Source of the DNA: Mobula hypostoma
Taxonomy: Eukaryota
Assembly (NCBI RefSeq): GCF_963921235.1
Contig: NC_086108.1
Span: 76,696,001-76,760,000 of the forward strand
Direction: 5' to 3'
Length of the DNA stretch: 64,000 bases
The translations under genes were made by a program, and so were the position numbers. The notes below the pieces were generated by a model. That model worked only from the letters and a program-made list of their open reading frames with translations, was not told where the DNA came from and made no database searches. Below, piece by piece: positions 35,905-48,564 of this stretch. Every line of letters begins with the position of its first letter. Within the stretch, counting starts at the first letter, position 1.

Positions 35905-36485
35905 ACTAGGCAACTCAAAGTCCCGAAGGTGCAGGATGGATGCGGCCTAGCGGATACAGGCTGAGTTGAGATGGCAGGGCCCAGGCCTGGGAGTGACGAA
36001 CAGCCCACTGTTTGGCCGATTTAAGCACCAGGGCAGATTGGAAAGGTCGGATATGGGCCAAATTGAAGTGGTGGGGCCTAGGCCCAAGAGCGTATCAAAG
36101 CAGCACAGCCCAGGTCTGAGAGCAAGGAATGGGCCAAAGTTTGACCGATTTAAGTGTCGGGCTAAATTGGCGGAGAGGGACAGAGAGAGGTTTACTCATT
36201 TCTGCACTGAACTGAGGCCGTGGCCTGCAACCAATGTGCTCCTGGATCGGCTCTGGCTTTGTGGCTGTGGACTCATTCTTGTGAACTTCAATTCTGAATG
36301 TTCTTTGCATAGCTATTGTTTGCATGATTTGCTTTTTTTTAATCTACATGTCGTGGGCTTGACAGTTTTTTTTTAATAGGTTCTATTGGGTTTCTTTATT
36401 TCGTGGCTACCTGTCAGGAGACAAATCTCAAGGTTGTATATATTACATATACTTTGATAATACATGTACTTTGAACTTTGATTTC
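35905..36485 (+). mobile_element. Non-coding, GC-rich non-autonomous retroelement with an internal ~70-bp repeat and a TTTGAAC tail
   Basis: Repeat gcccagg.ctg.gag...gtttg.ccgatttaag at ~35979 and ~36107. The 3' end aatctcaaggttgtata...actttgataat...ctttgaact is also found at 46860-46918. Confidence 0.65.
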
Positions 36486-38014
36486 AGTGTGCATGGTCTC
36501 CAGCCTCATCTGTGGTCTTTCCCATTGAAGCCCGTGTCTGAGTCTTTCGCTGCAGAACCTGGCGGCACTGCAGTCTTTCTGAGGCTGCAGATTACAGGCA
36601 ACCGGTTTGCACCACTGGCTGCAAAAGCAAAATCAGATTATGGCATGTTGTAGTCACTACTGCCTTCTTACTGTTCTTCCAGGATGCAGCTTGTGAGTAT
36701 CTGAATTGGTAAAAGTTCCAAAGTTATGTTGTGTTTTGGGGCGTGGGAGATGTACACTTCCACCATTTGCAACTTGTTGCTCAGTGAGCATTGTGGTATG
36801 AAGCGGATGATGGAATAGGAAAAGAAGAATTCGATATGGGAATGCCGTAATCTCCAGTGAATGTAGTCCAAACATCTGGCTATACTAAAGGCAGCCCCAC
36901 TCATGCTCTGCGCTTCTGTTAGATCATTTAAACATGCATATTCTTTCCAGTTATCTGCTGTTGCATTAGTTGTGCAGCATCCCACCCTACAAGCAGGGGA
37001 AGTGTTTCACCAGTTTCCTGCAATGTGTTTGGGCAAAATGGCTGCTCTGGGATGTGGGTGCAAAGCTTATGCACCGCTGATTGCCTGAGGTAAAGTGAAA
37101 TATCCTTTGATATGAGTCCTGACTGATCCAGAATGTTGGTAGGTGTTTTGTGGCTAAGCAACGTCTGCAGTTAGTGTGATGGTACTATTTGAAAATGCAT
37201 TCACTGACCTTGCCCTCAGTGTTCATTGAACTTCATGCAACAAGGCATTGGGGTTCTGAGACATTTATTTCTGCTATTCATTCCTAGAAATATCTGGTCC
37301 TGGTACCTTCTGTGCATACATCTAATGGCCTCCTGGTCCTGTCACGATATAGGGCATGTATTCTACTCAATACATCTTCCACTAGCATACCTGATGTTCT
37401 TCAGGAGATGTATATCTGCTTGACGCAAAACTGATTCATTTTAATTGGAGTTGGCCATACCCAGAATTAGTCAGCTCTGCTGATACGTCCATCCAACAAA
37501 CAGTGTACTTAGCAGAGGCTGAATGCTGAAATGATTTAAACACACGTACTGCAGGAAGTTGGTTTGCACCTTGCATTGGATTCAATGCACATAGATTATT
37601 CGTTGATCACAATCCCTGTGCTTAATGTGGGAGCAATCAAATTTAGCCATCTGATTAGCTCTGCTCTCTGGTCATAGATGTGGAGAGCTATTTAATTAAA
37701 ATGAAGATCATTTGATTATGGAGACTGTAAATAATTTTTCTTCCAGGTGCTATCATTTCCAGGACTTGATACTTGGTCCACTCCAGAACATTAATACATT
37801 ATTGAAAATTAAACTTGCAGAAGGAGTACAGTGAGAATGCAAATTAGATGGTATGGGCATAGCAAAAGAGAGGGAATATGGAGGATTGTTACGTGTCAAA
37901 CTGGAACAAAGAGTATAATGTGTAATAACAGAAAGCTAATTGGGCCTTGAGAAAAATGTGGTTACAAGGAAAGTGTACCAAATCAGCAAGAGATAATGAA
38001 ACTGTACATAATTT

Positions 38015-38148
38015 TTCCATCCCTAATGAAGGATCCCGGCCCAAAACGTTGACTGTTTCCTCTTTTCCATAGTTGCTGCCTGGCTTGCTGAGTTCCTCCA
38101 GCAGTTTGTGTGGGTTGCTTGGATTTCCAGTACTGCAGATTTTCTCAA
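38015..38148 (+). mobile_element. PLE pLTR fragment starting at a degenerate hammerhead, with tail
   Basis: ccctaatgaaggatcccggcccaaaacgttgactg...ggatttccagtactgcagattttctc. Confidence 0.85.
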
Positions 38149-38399
38149 CATTGTGAGGTGTCGGGTTTATCTCAAGTGGTCATCTACATCTTTTCGGAGT
38201 TTATGTCCTCCTTCAGAAAGTTTTGAGCACATAACCTAGACTGACTTCTGTGTAGTTGTCCAATACATTATTTATTCCTCAGTCAGCAGCATTAAATTAA
38301 ATACACTTGGTGACTCCTAGTTATATGCTTGTTAGCTGTCATTACAAGCTTAATTGAATTTTATGATTGTAAATAACTTTTGGCTGTCTCATTGTTGTA

Positions 38400-39015
38400 A
38401 GGTCTAGAATACAAGAGCAGGGATGTGATGCTGAGGTTTTATAAAGCACTGGTGAGGCCTCACTTTGAGTATTATGAACAGTTTTTTTCTCCTCTTCTCA
38501 GAAAAGATGTGCTGGCAATGGAGAGGGTTCAGAGGAGGTTCACAAGAATAATGCTGGGAATGAAAGGGTTATCATATGAGGAACATTTGATGGCTCTGGG
38601 TCTGTACTCACTGGAATTCAGAAAGGGAGATCTCACTGAAACCTATCGAAAGTTGAAAGGCCTGGACAGAGAAGATGCGGTAAGGATGTTCCCTTTGGTG
38701 GGGGAGTCTAGGACAAGAGGGCATAGCCTCGGGATAGAGGGGTGTCCATTTAAAACAGAGATGCAGGGAAATTTCTTTCGCCAGAAGGTGGTGAATTTGT
38801 GGAATTTATTATTACAGGCAGCTGTGGAGGCCAGGTTGTTGAGTGCATTTAAGCAGAGCTTGATAGGTTCTTGATTGGACAAGGCATCAAAGGCTACAGT
38901 GAGAAGGCCAGGAAATTGGACTGAGGAGGGGATAAAAGGATCAGCCAAGACTGAATGGCAGAGCAGACCTGATGGGCCAAATAGCCTAATTCTGCTTCTA
39001 TGTCTTATGGTCTTT
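38400..39015 (+). mobile_element. CR1 LINE RT C-terminus and 3'UTR
   Basis: YKALVRPHFEY, MERVQRRFTR, LSYEEHLMALGLYSLE, SRTRGHSL and FFRQKVVNLWNLL; cttatg-like tail. Confidence 0.93.
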
Positions 39016-39399
39016 TGGTAAAAGGTCCTTTATAAATTCAGGTTTCTCTTGCTTATAGCAAAATGTTTGTATATCTGTGGTAAAGAATAAAATTCTGTTT
39101 AAAATGATAGATCTTCTGGCAGTGGAGGAATCATGGGAATGAGAAACCAGGGCCTTAGAGCTATGAGAAGACATGAAAAACCTGTGCCTGTTTTTCTTCA
39201 GATGAATGGTTGACTCAGAGGAGGACAATGATGAAATAGTTACTGCTTCTCAGAGTATGGGTGAATTGAATCCAGACAATACATTTATGATTACCAAACC
39301 TATAGACAGGAAAACAAGCTCAGTTTAGAAGAAGAAATTTACACCATCAATGTACATGAAGTTACTTCGTGCAGAAACAGGGTCAATAAAATAGAAATG

Positions 39400-39512
39400 A
39401 AAAACAAAATCTGAAATAAATACGAAGAAAATGGAGAAACACTCAGCAGGTCAGGAAGCATCTAATGGAAAGAGAATTAGGCAATTTTTCAGGTTTAAGA
39501 TCTTTCATCAGA
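39400..39512 (-). mobile_element. Old PLE pLTR remnant with a hammerhead relic
   Basis: actcagcaggtcaggaagcatc; minus strand reads CTGATGA-AAGATCTTAAACCT-GAAA at 39487-39511. Confidence 0.65.
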
Positions 39513-39514
39513 GT

Positions 39515-39675
39515 ATAGAATCTTCACGCATGAAAAGATTTGAACGAGGAGGTGGCATTGGAATATTAATTAAGAAGTCCATTACTCCAATGAGGAGGAA
39601 AGATAGCCCAGAAAATGCTTCAAGTGAGGCCATATTGGTAGAGCTAAGAGACAAAAAGGGAGTGGAATAAAGGCC
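39515..39675 (+). mobile_element. CR1 endonuclease fragment
   Basis: RGGGIGILIKKSI...SSEAILVELRDKKG. Confidence 0.75.
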
Positions 39676-39976
39676 GCCAAACAGCCGATGGGTGTTAGAA
39701 AAGCAGAATGGGTCCCAGTGCCATATTTGGACTGAACTGGTTAGAAGCTGCATCATATACACAGCAGACAGTAGGTATGCTGCACTCTGGAAAAGTCAGG
39801 GGATATATCAGCCCTAATTGGAACCCCATTTATCTTCTGCTCATATTCTTGCGCAAGCTGGCTGCTCTTGTTCCCATCTGGGTAGTGATCTGCCATGGTT
39901 TGTGAAGCAGGGTAGCAGGCAGAAGAGATAAATAACTCAAACTGAATGTAGGAAAATCAAGGATTATCTATGTCTG

Positions 39977-40216
39977 CAAACACGAGGAAACCTGCAGATG
40001 CTGGAATTTCAAGCAACATACATAAAAGTTGCTGGTGAACGCAGCAGGCCAGGCAGCATCTCTAGGAAGAGGTACAGTCGACGTTTCGGGCCGAGACTCT
40101 TCGTCAGGACTAACTGAAAGAAGAGCTAGTAAGAGATTTGAAAGTGGGAGGTGAAAATCTCCTAGAGATGCTGCCTGGCCTGCTGCGTTCACCAGCAACT
40201 TTTATGTGTGTTGCTT
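39977..40216 (-). mobile_element. Young PLE fold-back insertion with a 57-bp inverted repeat and 13-bp TSD
   Basis: 40011-40067 and 40160-40216 match at 56 of 57 positions as inverted repeats. Flanks are TTATCTATGTCTG (39964-39976) and TTATCTACGTCCG (40215-40227). Confidence 0.93.
40075..40111 (-). ncRNA. Minimal type I hammerhead ribozyme motif, best-preserved copy
   Basis: AGUC-CUGACGA-A-GAGU-CUCG-GCCC-GAAA-CG-UC/GACU: all core nucleotides present, one A-C mismatch in stem II, palindromic ACGU in place of stem III. Confidence 0.82.
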
Positions 40217-43200
40217 ATCTACGTCCGAATGGTTATGCTTCCTCTTAGCGAGTGAACTTGGCGCAGTGGAGATGGTGTCCACGGAAGTGGGTCTCGTAAA
40301 CTTGGGAGACCATCTGAATGCTGAAGAAACATCCGGGTGTAGAAAAGAGAATGAAAAAAACAGCTGTGAAAATATGTGAGCATTAAGAGAGAAGGAACCA
40401 TTTTGTGACAATATGACATATTTTTTCCAACAGGAGCTATTCTCATAACCTCATCAGATACTTATCAACTGTCTGAATTTATTTATTGCAGTGTCACATC
40501 CTGCAACAACAAAAATTAACGGCTTATCCCAGTGGCTGATGTAACTGTCTTTAGGTACAATTCAGAATCTCAGATTGAATCTGCTACAAAGCAATAAGAA
40601 CACTACAAATAAAACAAACAAAAAATATTTTTGGAATGTTGATGGTTACACAGAAATATTACTGAATCCACTGTCGACATCTACAATGAGACAATCCTTG
40701 CCTTTAATGGGACCTATGAGATAAAAGGAATATATTTCCTACTGTGGACTTGCTCCCATTAGAAACTATCTTCTGTGCTTGTTCAATAAATGGAGGCACT
40801 TTGAGACATTGCATTAAAACAATAAATGACTGAAAGGAAGTACTATTGACAAACAATGCATTTCAGAATTTAATTAGAGCCAACCATTTTCCCCAAACTG
40901 TTATCTTGTTGTTTTCTAGATTAAGGCAGAAAAAGTAAGCATTGATAGAATGTTATTTTTAATTTTTTTTCTTCTGTCTCATTTTCAAGCAAGCTGCTAT
41001 TATTATTAATGCAGATTAATAAAAAATACATCCTCACTTTAATTGACATAAATAAAGAGCAGGACCCCAACCTCAACAGCCTCCCCCGCCCCCACCCCCC
41101 ACACACACACCTTAGTTACTGGGTATTGTGCTTTGTGTCCCAGCCAGTTCAATCCATTACCAAATTACTCTCCAATTATTCTGATAAAAGATAAATCACA
41201 ACATGGGCTTTTTTTTTATAAGCACTCTAAAGAAATTGGCTTCTTCTTCAGGACCTGTTTTCAGATGGCTATAGAGAATCATGATTAATGCTGTGATATT
41301 TTTCTGTATTTTTGTTTAAATGGTGAATGGAACTGTATTGAAGAAAGCCACTAAACCCACAAATGAAAGGAAGTTGAATTGCAGTCCGCCATGTGCATGT
41401 TAATCATTTTTGCCTTCCACTGTCAAGCACAGTATCATCCTCCATTCCAGCCTTCTAGCATTAGCCCTGTCTTTAACGTGCTTTTAATTTTGCCACTACA
41501 AGGTATATAAAAGCAATATGTGATTGACTGGCGTGCTGAGTTTTTCAGTCTAGCTCTGTTACAGATCAGAAACTTGTTACTTCACTGCATGGCAAATCAC
41601 CCACTGGGAGGAAGGCCAAGGGAGATTCTGCTTGTGACTACTCTTAGCATGGTGTATTTATGATTCAGCACAGGATATGGTGAATGATGTGTCATTAGAT
41701 TGTCTTGGTTCATCAAATACAACATGAATATTTGTAGGTCGACTACTACTTGGAGAAAGGATGGACCAAAAAGCTTCAGGCACTTTTATTTCAAGAGCAA
41801 GGATGGTTCCTCAGTATTCTGCTGCCACTTCAGGGGGATATTTTCAATATAGTATCATTATAATGTAATCTATTGCATGGTTCTGCCTCTACCATTTTAG
41901 ATGCAAGCCTTCAAATGAATGAACATGAATGTAAATTTTAACTTATTGCAGAGTGCTCTTCGTGCAATCTTTCTCACTGATAAAACATAATAATACAGAT
42001 TATGCTGCCCTGATATGTGATTTTCCATCCACAAAGAATATAATTGGCATATTGTGTATGAGACGCCGGGCTATCTGAAGGATAAATTGCTTTATTGAAT
42101 ATTTGAGAGATAAGACTTCATATCGAAAATACCAGACAGATAAGCACTTTAAGTCAAGACTAATTAAAGCAAATTACTGATGGGGGTGGGGTGGTGGTGC
42201 AGTGATATGGTATTTGGCAGTGGAAGGCCACTGGTGGTATATTGAACTGATATATATGGCAGCTGTCAATGATGACTATATAAATGCTTCTGCTTACTTG
42301 GAGCAGTAAGGGTCACTAAAGTTTAGAATGTGATGAGGCACAGTTCCGAGGGCAGAATTGCTTAATGTAAAACACTATAACAATAAGTTGGAATGATCTC
42401 TGGTGATTAAAAACCATTGCAATGTTCCAGTTGCCATGTGCAGCATTAGGTGTATCATTCGACATTATCACCAAATGGATCCCATTCCTATCTTCCACCG
42501 TCAGAACTTTCCTTGTATGTTGCGAGTATTCCATTGCAAAGAAAGTGAACAAGCTCAGCCAGTTACTGGTATGGGTTGTATAACTTTATTAATAAAAAAA
42601 AACAATGATTAGCAAAAAAGGTACCCAGTAAAAGCCACAGACTATGAAATCTGGCTGGCCTCTAAATGAAAGCAGTTGGATTTAGCAGGGAGCTGTCTCT
42701 CACATGCAGTGGAGCAAAAGGATAAAACGTACGGCTGTTAAAAAAAACACGCTAATGATTAAATTTTTTTCCCTTGCTGAGGAAAAAATTATTAGAAAGA
42801 ATTATTACCATCAAGGATACTTTTCCAATAAAAAGAAGAAGACCATTCATTCATAATTTATATCCTCAATTACTATTAATAAAAAAAATTCAATGGGGTA
42901 TCATCTGGAATTACATATAACATTGCATTAACTTTTGGTTTAACATTTTCTTCCCACATTATAAAATTAATAGAGATATGTTGTAGTGACTTTTTCATGA
43001 CAATATGATATGAATATAATATTCTACTTGTATATTCTGCATATTATTATCATATGCAAGTCAGGATGTCGATATAATAAGATTAGAATTTATTTGAGAG
43101 AATAATACTGAATAAGAAATATGTTCTAGTATGCCTGCTTCTATAGTTCCTGAGCACTCAACTCTTCAATCTGCAGAGTAACATAGAATGGGGAGGGTGG

Positions 43201-43815
43201 GAGGAGAACATAAATACTCCATAGAGACTGGCTTCACTGCTGACCAGCAGGTCAGGCAATAGGAGTCGGGGTTTCATTCAATGGCAAATGAAAATGTTGC
43301 ATGGCTTTGGAGAATCATAGCTTTGTGATGCTTTTAGTGGAGAAGCAAATTACATGTTACCCTACGTTTAAAGGAACCACCTGCACTAGTGTGCAGCTGG
43401 CATCTGTATGGAGCCCAGTGGGTATGTAGTGCTATAATCACATGGTAACACACCTGTGTGCCCAATGTCACACTCTCTTTGACAATATTTGTAGATGCTC
43501 CTCTTTTTCTTACCTAATGCTTTATGCACCTATTTTGTCCCAATTCTATCTCTGATGGCGAAAAATATCTTCCAATTTAAAACTGCCCTCTAATATTCAT
43601 TCATCACTGACAAATAATGCGAAGGATACTTCACATGATGTGCATCATCTGATTTAAATGTCTGTGGCAAAATCCATATTCTCCACAAGGCTCCTGCCAT
43701 TCCATTATACCCAACCTATTTTAAACAATAATAATCATACTGAAGAAGGAAACACATCATATTTATTTCCATAGACTAACACAAAATAAAATAACTCTTT
43801 TCAAGCTGGGACATA

Positions 43816-44327
43816 CACACTCAGTGGCTACCTTATTAGGTACCTTCTGTATCTAATAAAATGACCACTAAGTGGATGTTCGTGATCTTCTGCTGCTGTA
43901 AGCCATCCACTTTAATGTTTGATGCACTGTGTGTTCAGAGACGCTCTTCTGCACACCACTGTTGTAATGCATGGTTATTTGAGTTACTGTCACTTTCCTA
44001 TCAGCTTGAACAAGTCTGGCCATTCTCCTCCGAATTCTCTCATTAGCAAGGCATTTTTACACACAGAACTGCCACTCCCCAGATGTGTTTTTTTTTGTTT
44101 CTTGCACCAGTCCCTGTAAATGCTAGAGACTGCTGTGTATGAAAATCCCAGGAGATCTGCATTTTCTAAGATACTCAAACCATCCCATCTGGCACCAACA
44201 ATCATGGCCAAAGTCACTTGGATCGTTACTTCTTCCCCATTCTGATGTTAGATCTGAACAGCAATTGAACCTCTCAACTATGTCTGTGTGCTTTTATGCT
44301 TTGAGTTGCTACCATATACTGAGTGCA
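43816..44327 (-). mobile_element. Tc1/mariner non-autonomous derivative (N-terminal HTH region only) with a double-TIR hairpin
   Basis: MIVGARWDGLSILENADLLGFSYTAVSSIYRDW, then frameshifted RRMARLVQADRKVTVTQIT...SEHTVHQTL. TIR-like arms at 43818-43843 and 43849-43874; partial ACTGAGTG at 44318-44325. Confidence 0.88.
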
Positions 44328-44949
44328 TGTTAAGCAGAAGATTGCATTGGTAGCAACAGATCCCTGGCAAGAGCTATTCTATGAAAAGGACAGTATTTGT
44401 TTCTGTAAAAATCTGAGAGCATAGCTCTAGGGAACAAGGATTAACCAGCCAGATGCAGTTAAAAAATGAGATAGAACTTGAAGCTAATATACTGTATGGT
44501 CAACTGAGTCAACCCCAAACAATGCTGGTCAGTCTACAGAAACATAGGGTGGTTGCAAGATCTCAAAAACACTCTGGTTTTAGATTTAAACAACATCTCA
44601 TTTGTTGGATTTTCAATTATTGAGAGGGTTCACAGAAGGCATACAAGTTGCCAGGATACAATGTCATTATAACAGTTTGAATGTTTTTACAGAGTGACCA
44701 GACCAACAACAATTTTTATCCAAGAAAAGTGATGATAAGTGGCAGGATTTTCATTGTGTATTATCAATTTCTGTTGCATCCTTAATACAACGGCTTTCAC
44801 GTGCTGAAGCTTATTGATGAATGACAACTTAGTAATACAATTTTGAGCATGAATAATTGAATCAAAATTGTAATATATTAAGCCAAACTGCTTTAACTGA
44901 AGGCTCTCCTGACATTTCATGTTAAAACTGTCTTTGATGGCACATATGG

Positions 44950-45147
44950 AAACACAAGAGATTCTGCAGATGCTGGAAATCTTGAGCAACTCAACAAATT
45001 GCTGGAGGAACTCAGCAGCTCAGGCAGCATCTATGGAGGGAATTGATCAGTAGGTGTGTTTCAGGCTTGAAGGGTCTTTGCTTGAAACATGTCCCTCCAT
45101 AGATACTGCCTGACCTGCTGAGTTCTTCTAGCATTTTGCTTCTGTTG
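44950..45147 (-). mobile_element. PLE pLTR fold-back, older copy
   Basis: Tail at 44950-44985; gctggaggaactcagcag...ctatggaggga is inverted against tccctccatag...ctgctgagttcttctagc. Confidence 0.87.
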
Positions 45148-45689
45148 TTGTTCCATGGTGGTTTTAATGTTTCATGCCAAGACCCTTCAGAGCTAAAATT
45201 TTATGTTCCTCTGTTTGGAATGATCAAAATGTTTAGTGGGACAGACCAACAGCGACATTCAGAATGTAAAATGGGGTTCATACTGCCACAATCTCTAATG
45301 TCCTTGCACTTCCTGCTACTGCTAAGCTGGAAATCTAATCGTGGTTTCAAGCAAAAATGCAAAAGAGTGGTGAGGTTACTTCACAGGGCTAGCTATATCT
45401 TAAGTACCTATACAACACCAGGCATCTTGTATTTCTATGAACGCATAGCATCACAATTCTTTACAGAAATACAATCACGCAATAACAGTGGCTCTAGTAA
45501 CAAATATTGTCTAAAGTTACTGTTCTTTCTCAGCATTAGTAAACTGTACACTTCGTCAGTCACTCAGCATTCTGATAATTCCACCATTCATTTCTCAGTT
45601 TTACGATAAAGATAGAAGTCATCCTCAGCATTATTCTTGAAACAACAGTTCACTGTCTGCTAAGAAAACTTCCCCAGACTTGCAAATCG

Positions 45690-45883
45690 TGAACACGAGA
45701 AAGTCTGTGAATGCTGGAAATCCAAAGCAACTTGCACAAAATGCTGGTGGAACCTAGAAGATCAGGCAGCATCCATGGAAATGAATTGATAGTTGATGTC
45801 TCGGCCTGAAATGTCGACAATCTATTCATTTCCATAGATGCTACATGACCTGTTGAGTTCCTCCAGCATTTTGTGTGTGTTGC
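45690..45883 (-). mobile_element. PLE pLTR fold-back
   Basis: Arms ~45727-45800 and ~45810-45883; CTTGCAAA at 45679-45686 and 45888-45895 is a possible TSD. Confidence 0.87.
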
Positions 45884-46144
45884 CCGCCTTGCAAACCAGC
45901 TTCCTTTACACCCTGTAAGAAGTTCTCCTGTAATATCTATTTTTGTTGAGATGTCCATTTATGACTTTAGTTACCAGCCTTTAGATGAGCTTCCACTGAA
46001 CCTGTGTCTGTGAAGAGGAACCATTTCATGTTGTATACTGTACACATTCTCTGATATTGAACTGAACCATTTGAACTACTTTAGCAACATTATCCAATTT
46101 GCATCTGTTTTAAATTTTGAGAAAATCCTATTATTTCTGAGCAG

Positions 46145-46300
46145 TTCTCTCTATTTGCACTGCTTATTTATTTTTTATATTTCTTATTGTAACTTATATT
46201 TATTTTTTATATGAACTGCAGTTACTGTTGCGGCAAAACAGCAAATTTCATGACGCATGTCAGTGACAATGAACCTGATTTCAGTTATGATTCTGATTCA
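46145..46300 (+). mobile_element. Rex/Babar 3'UTR remnant
   Basis: gcaaaacagcaaatttcatgac...cagtgacaatgaacctgatt...gattctgattc; same family as 26560-26640. Confidence 0.75.
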
Positions 46301-46799
46301 CTTCATGGGATTTTACATGGTTTAATTTGTCATGTGATTGACGTATGTATAAATTTATGTAGCACCCAAGAAGAATTTTGGATTGGAAGTAGAAGTAACT
46401 AAGATTCTGCTACATGTTTCTGTAAACTGGAAAAGAAATTAAACATTTGGATAGCAAAGCCAAATTAAAGCATACCTTTGAAAAGACTATCCGTTACTTC
46501 TGGAGTTGAAACCATTCAACATGTCAAGCTAATACAGTATATTGTCAAATCAATATTGACAATGCATTTCACATTTTCTGTTTCATTGGTTCCTACATAT
46601 AACTCAGCATATGATTATACCAGCACCGTTACTCAGTAATGACTAAAGAAGTAAGCAAGGCAAGCTAACCAAAGTCTCCTAAAAGGCTTTAAAGGTCAGT
46701 GATATCCTTACTAAGCATGGCATTAATTGATTAAGAAATTAAATATATTTTGAAGGAAAATTAAGTAACCACATCAAACAGGACAGAGGTAAATCAGGA

Positions 46800-46918
46800 T
46801 AAATGTTTTTCATGGATTCTATTGTTTTTCTTTATTTCCTTGGGGGTGCTGACAAAAAAATGAATCTCAAGGTTGTATAAGTGTACATACTTTGATAATA
46901 AATTTTCTTTGAACTTAG
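46800..46918 (+). mobile_element. 3' end of the family seen at 36370-36485
   Basis: aatctcaaggttgtata...atactttgataataaa...tttgaact. Confidence 0.7.
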
Positions 46919-47296
46919 AAGTCAATTTATTAGATTTTGTTTTGCTATTCTAAATAATTTCTTGCTGCAGAATTGCTGTATCACTTTTTATTGCTGAAAT
47001 ATTTTTTAACATTTTTATTTTTTCTGAGTTAACAACTACATTTTAAATTATTTTTATTAGATTCAGAAGGGCAGTTTTATCATCTCTCTGTTTTGGCCCC
47101 AAGATTGTAGAAGGCAGGAACCACAGCCGTGAGTCTGACCAGCAAACATTTGGATTCACCCCATTTGTTATGTATCCAGAACTTTAAAGATTCTGATCTT
47201 CAGGAATGATGGTAGTGTTACAATTTATTAACTAGCAAGCAACATCCATAAATACTCAGAACACAGGTTTTGGTTTTATTTTTTGGAGGCAACATT

Positions 47297-47703
47297 TACT
47301 CAGTTACTGCCTGTTACACCACCAGCGTTTAGGGCTGCAATGAAGTTCCTCCATCTCTGGCGGGTTCAGGGCTTCCTTCATCATGTCAGTAGCTTCCTCT
47401 TGTTTTACACTACTGTAAGTCATGCAAGTCCCGGGTGGAGACTCAGGAATATCATCGCACTCAGATACTGTATAGAAGGATTCTTCATTGCTGTTTCCAT
47501 AACAATTTTGTTTTATCACTTAGGGTCGTTAGTCCCGAACCTGGAGGACCAGGTAGAGTCTGGTCTCTACCTTTGACCTGTTTGGCATGGGTGACCCTAC
47601 CAAGTGCCAAAGCATAAAGCCCTGACTCCTGCCAACGTAGCTCTCCAGGTTATTGAGACACGCAAGCCTTCAACCACAAGAAGGTTGTGGTCCTCTTGGT
47701 GGG
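47297..47703 (-). mobile_element. Bipartite non-autonomous RTE derivative (RTE 5'UTR joined to an RTE 3' end)
   Basis: Minus strand has an RTE-type 5' motif (ccttcttgtggttgaaggcttgcgtg...ggtagggtcacccatgcc) and a 3' end reading WRNFIAALNA with a GTAA-like tail. Confidence 0.7.
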
Positions 47704-48564
47704 AGGTAACATATGAAGCTATATAATCAACAGCAATGAGACTTTTATCAATTTCTATAATGTATCCATCTCCATTAAAACCATCAGTTTATAATTACCC
47801 AGTGTTACAGCAGATACAGTATATGATCAAATTGCCCCTAAGTGGTATCATGAGTGACTGATGCCAAGCACCCCAGCTGCTTAGAGGATTGCAAAGGAGT
47901 GAAACATCATCTGATGCTTTCTTGGGAATTCTGGTCATCATAATTTCCTTTTCTACTTGGTTACTCCTTGATATTTAAACACATTACTTACCAAAGTCCC
48001 TGCTGAAACTACCCAATTATTTCCCTCCATGTTTAATGTAATATGATTCTAAAGCAAGTAAAATAAGCTTTTATTTGTTTTCATATGCTTGTTACTGGAG
48101 TTTGAAGGAAATTATTTGGCAGAGAATTCCTCTTGGCTTCATCCACTCATCTGTTTTAACTTTGTACGATGTTTGGCACAAATCTGATTAGATTTTAGAT
48201 TTGGACATCTAGTTCTTATTGTGGCAGCATGTAATGATTTGAGTTGCTAACTCACTATCAAGAAAAACATATTCACTAAAGGAAATTGTAGAATGATACT
48301 GCTCTGTAGGATCTCATTTGGTCTATTGTGCCAGTAGTGGGCTTCTCCTGTTAGTCTCATTTCCCTGCTCTTTACCCATAGGGCTTTCTCTATAAACCTC
48401 CCTGAAAATCGCCACCGAGAAAAAAGGGCCGTGTCAAATTGGAAGGAAATAGTGGAAGAGATCTGTGCAGAGTAATGTCGATTACTCTGCTATACGCTTT
48501 CCCCTCTAATCAAAGTGGTTGCAATGATTAAAATAGAAAGGAGTCTGCCTTTCACACAAATTAA

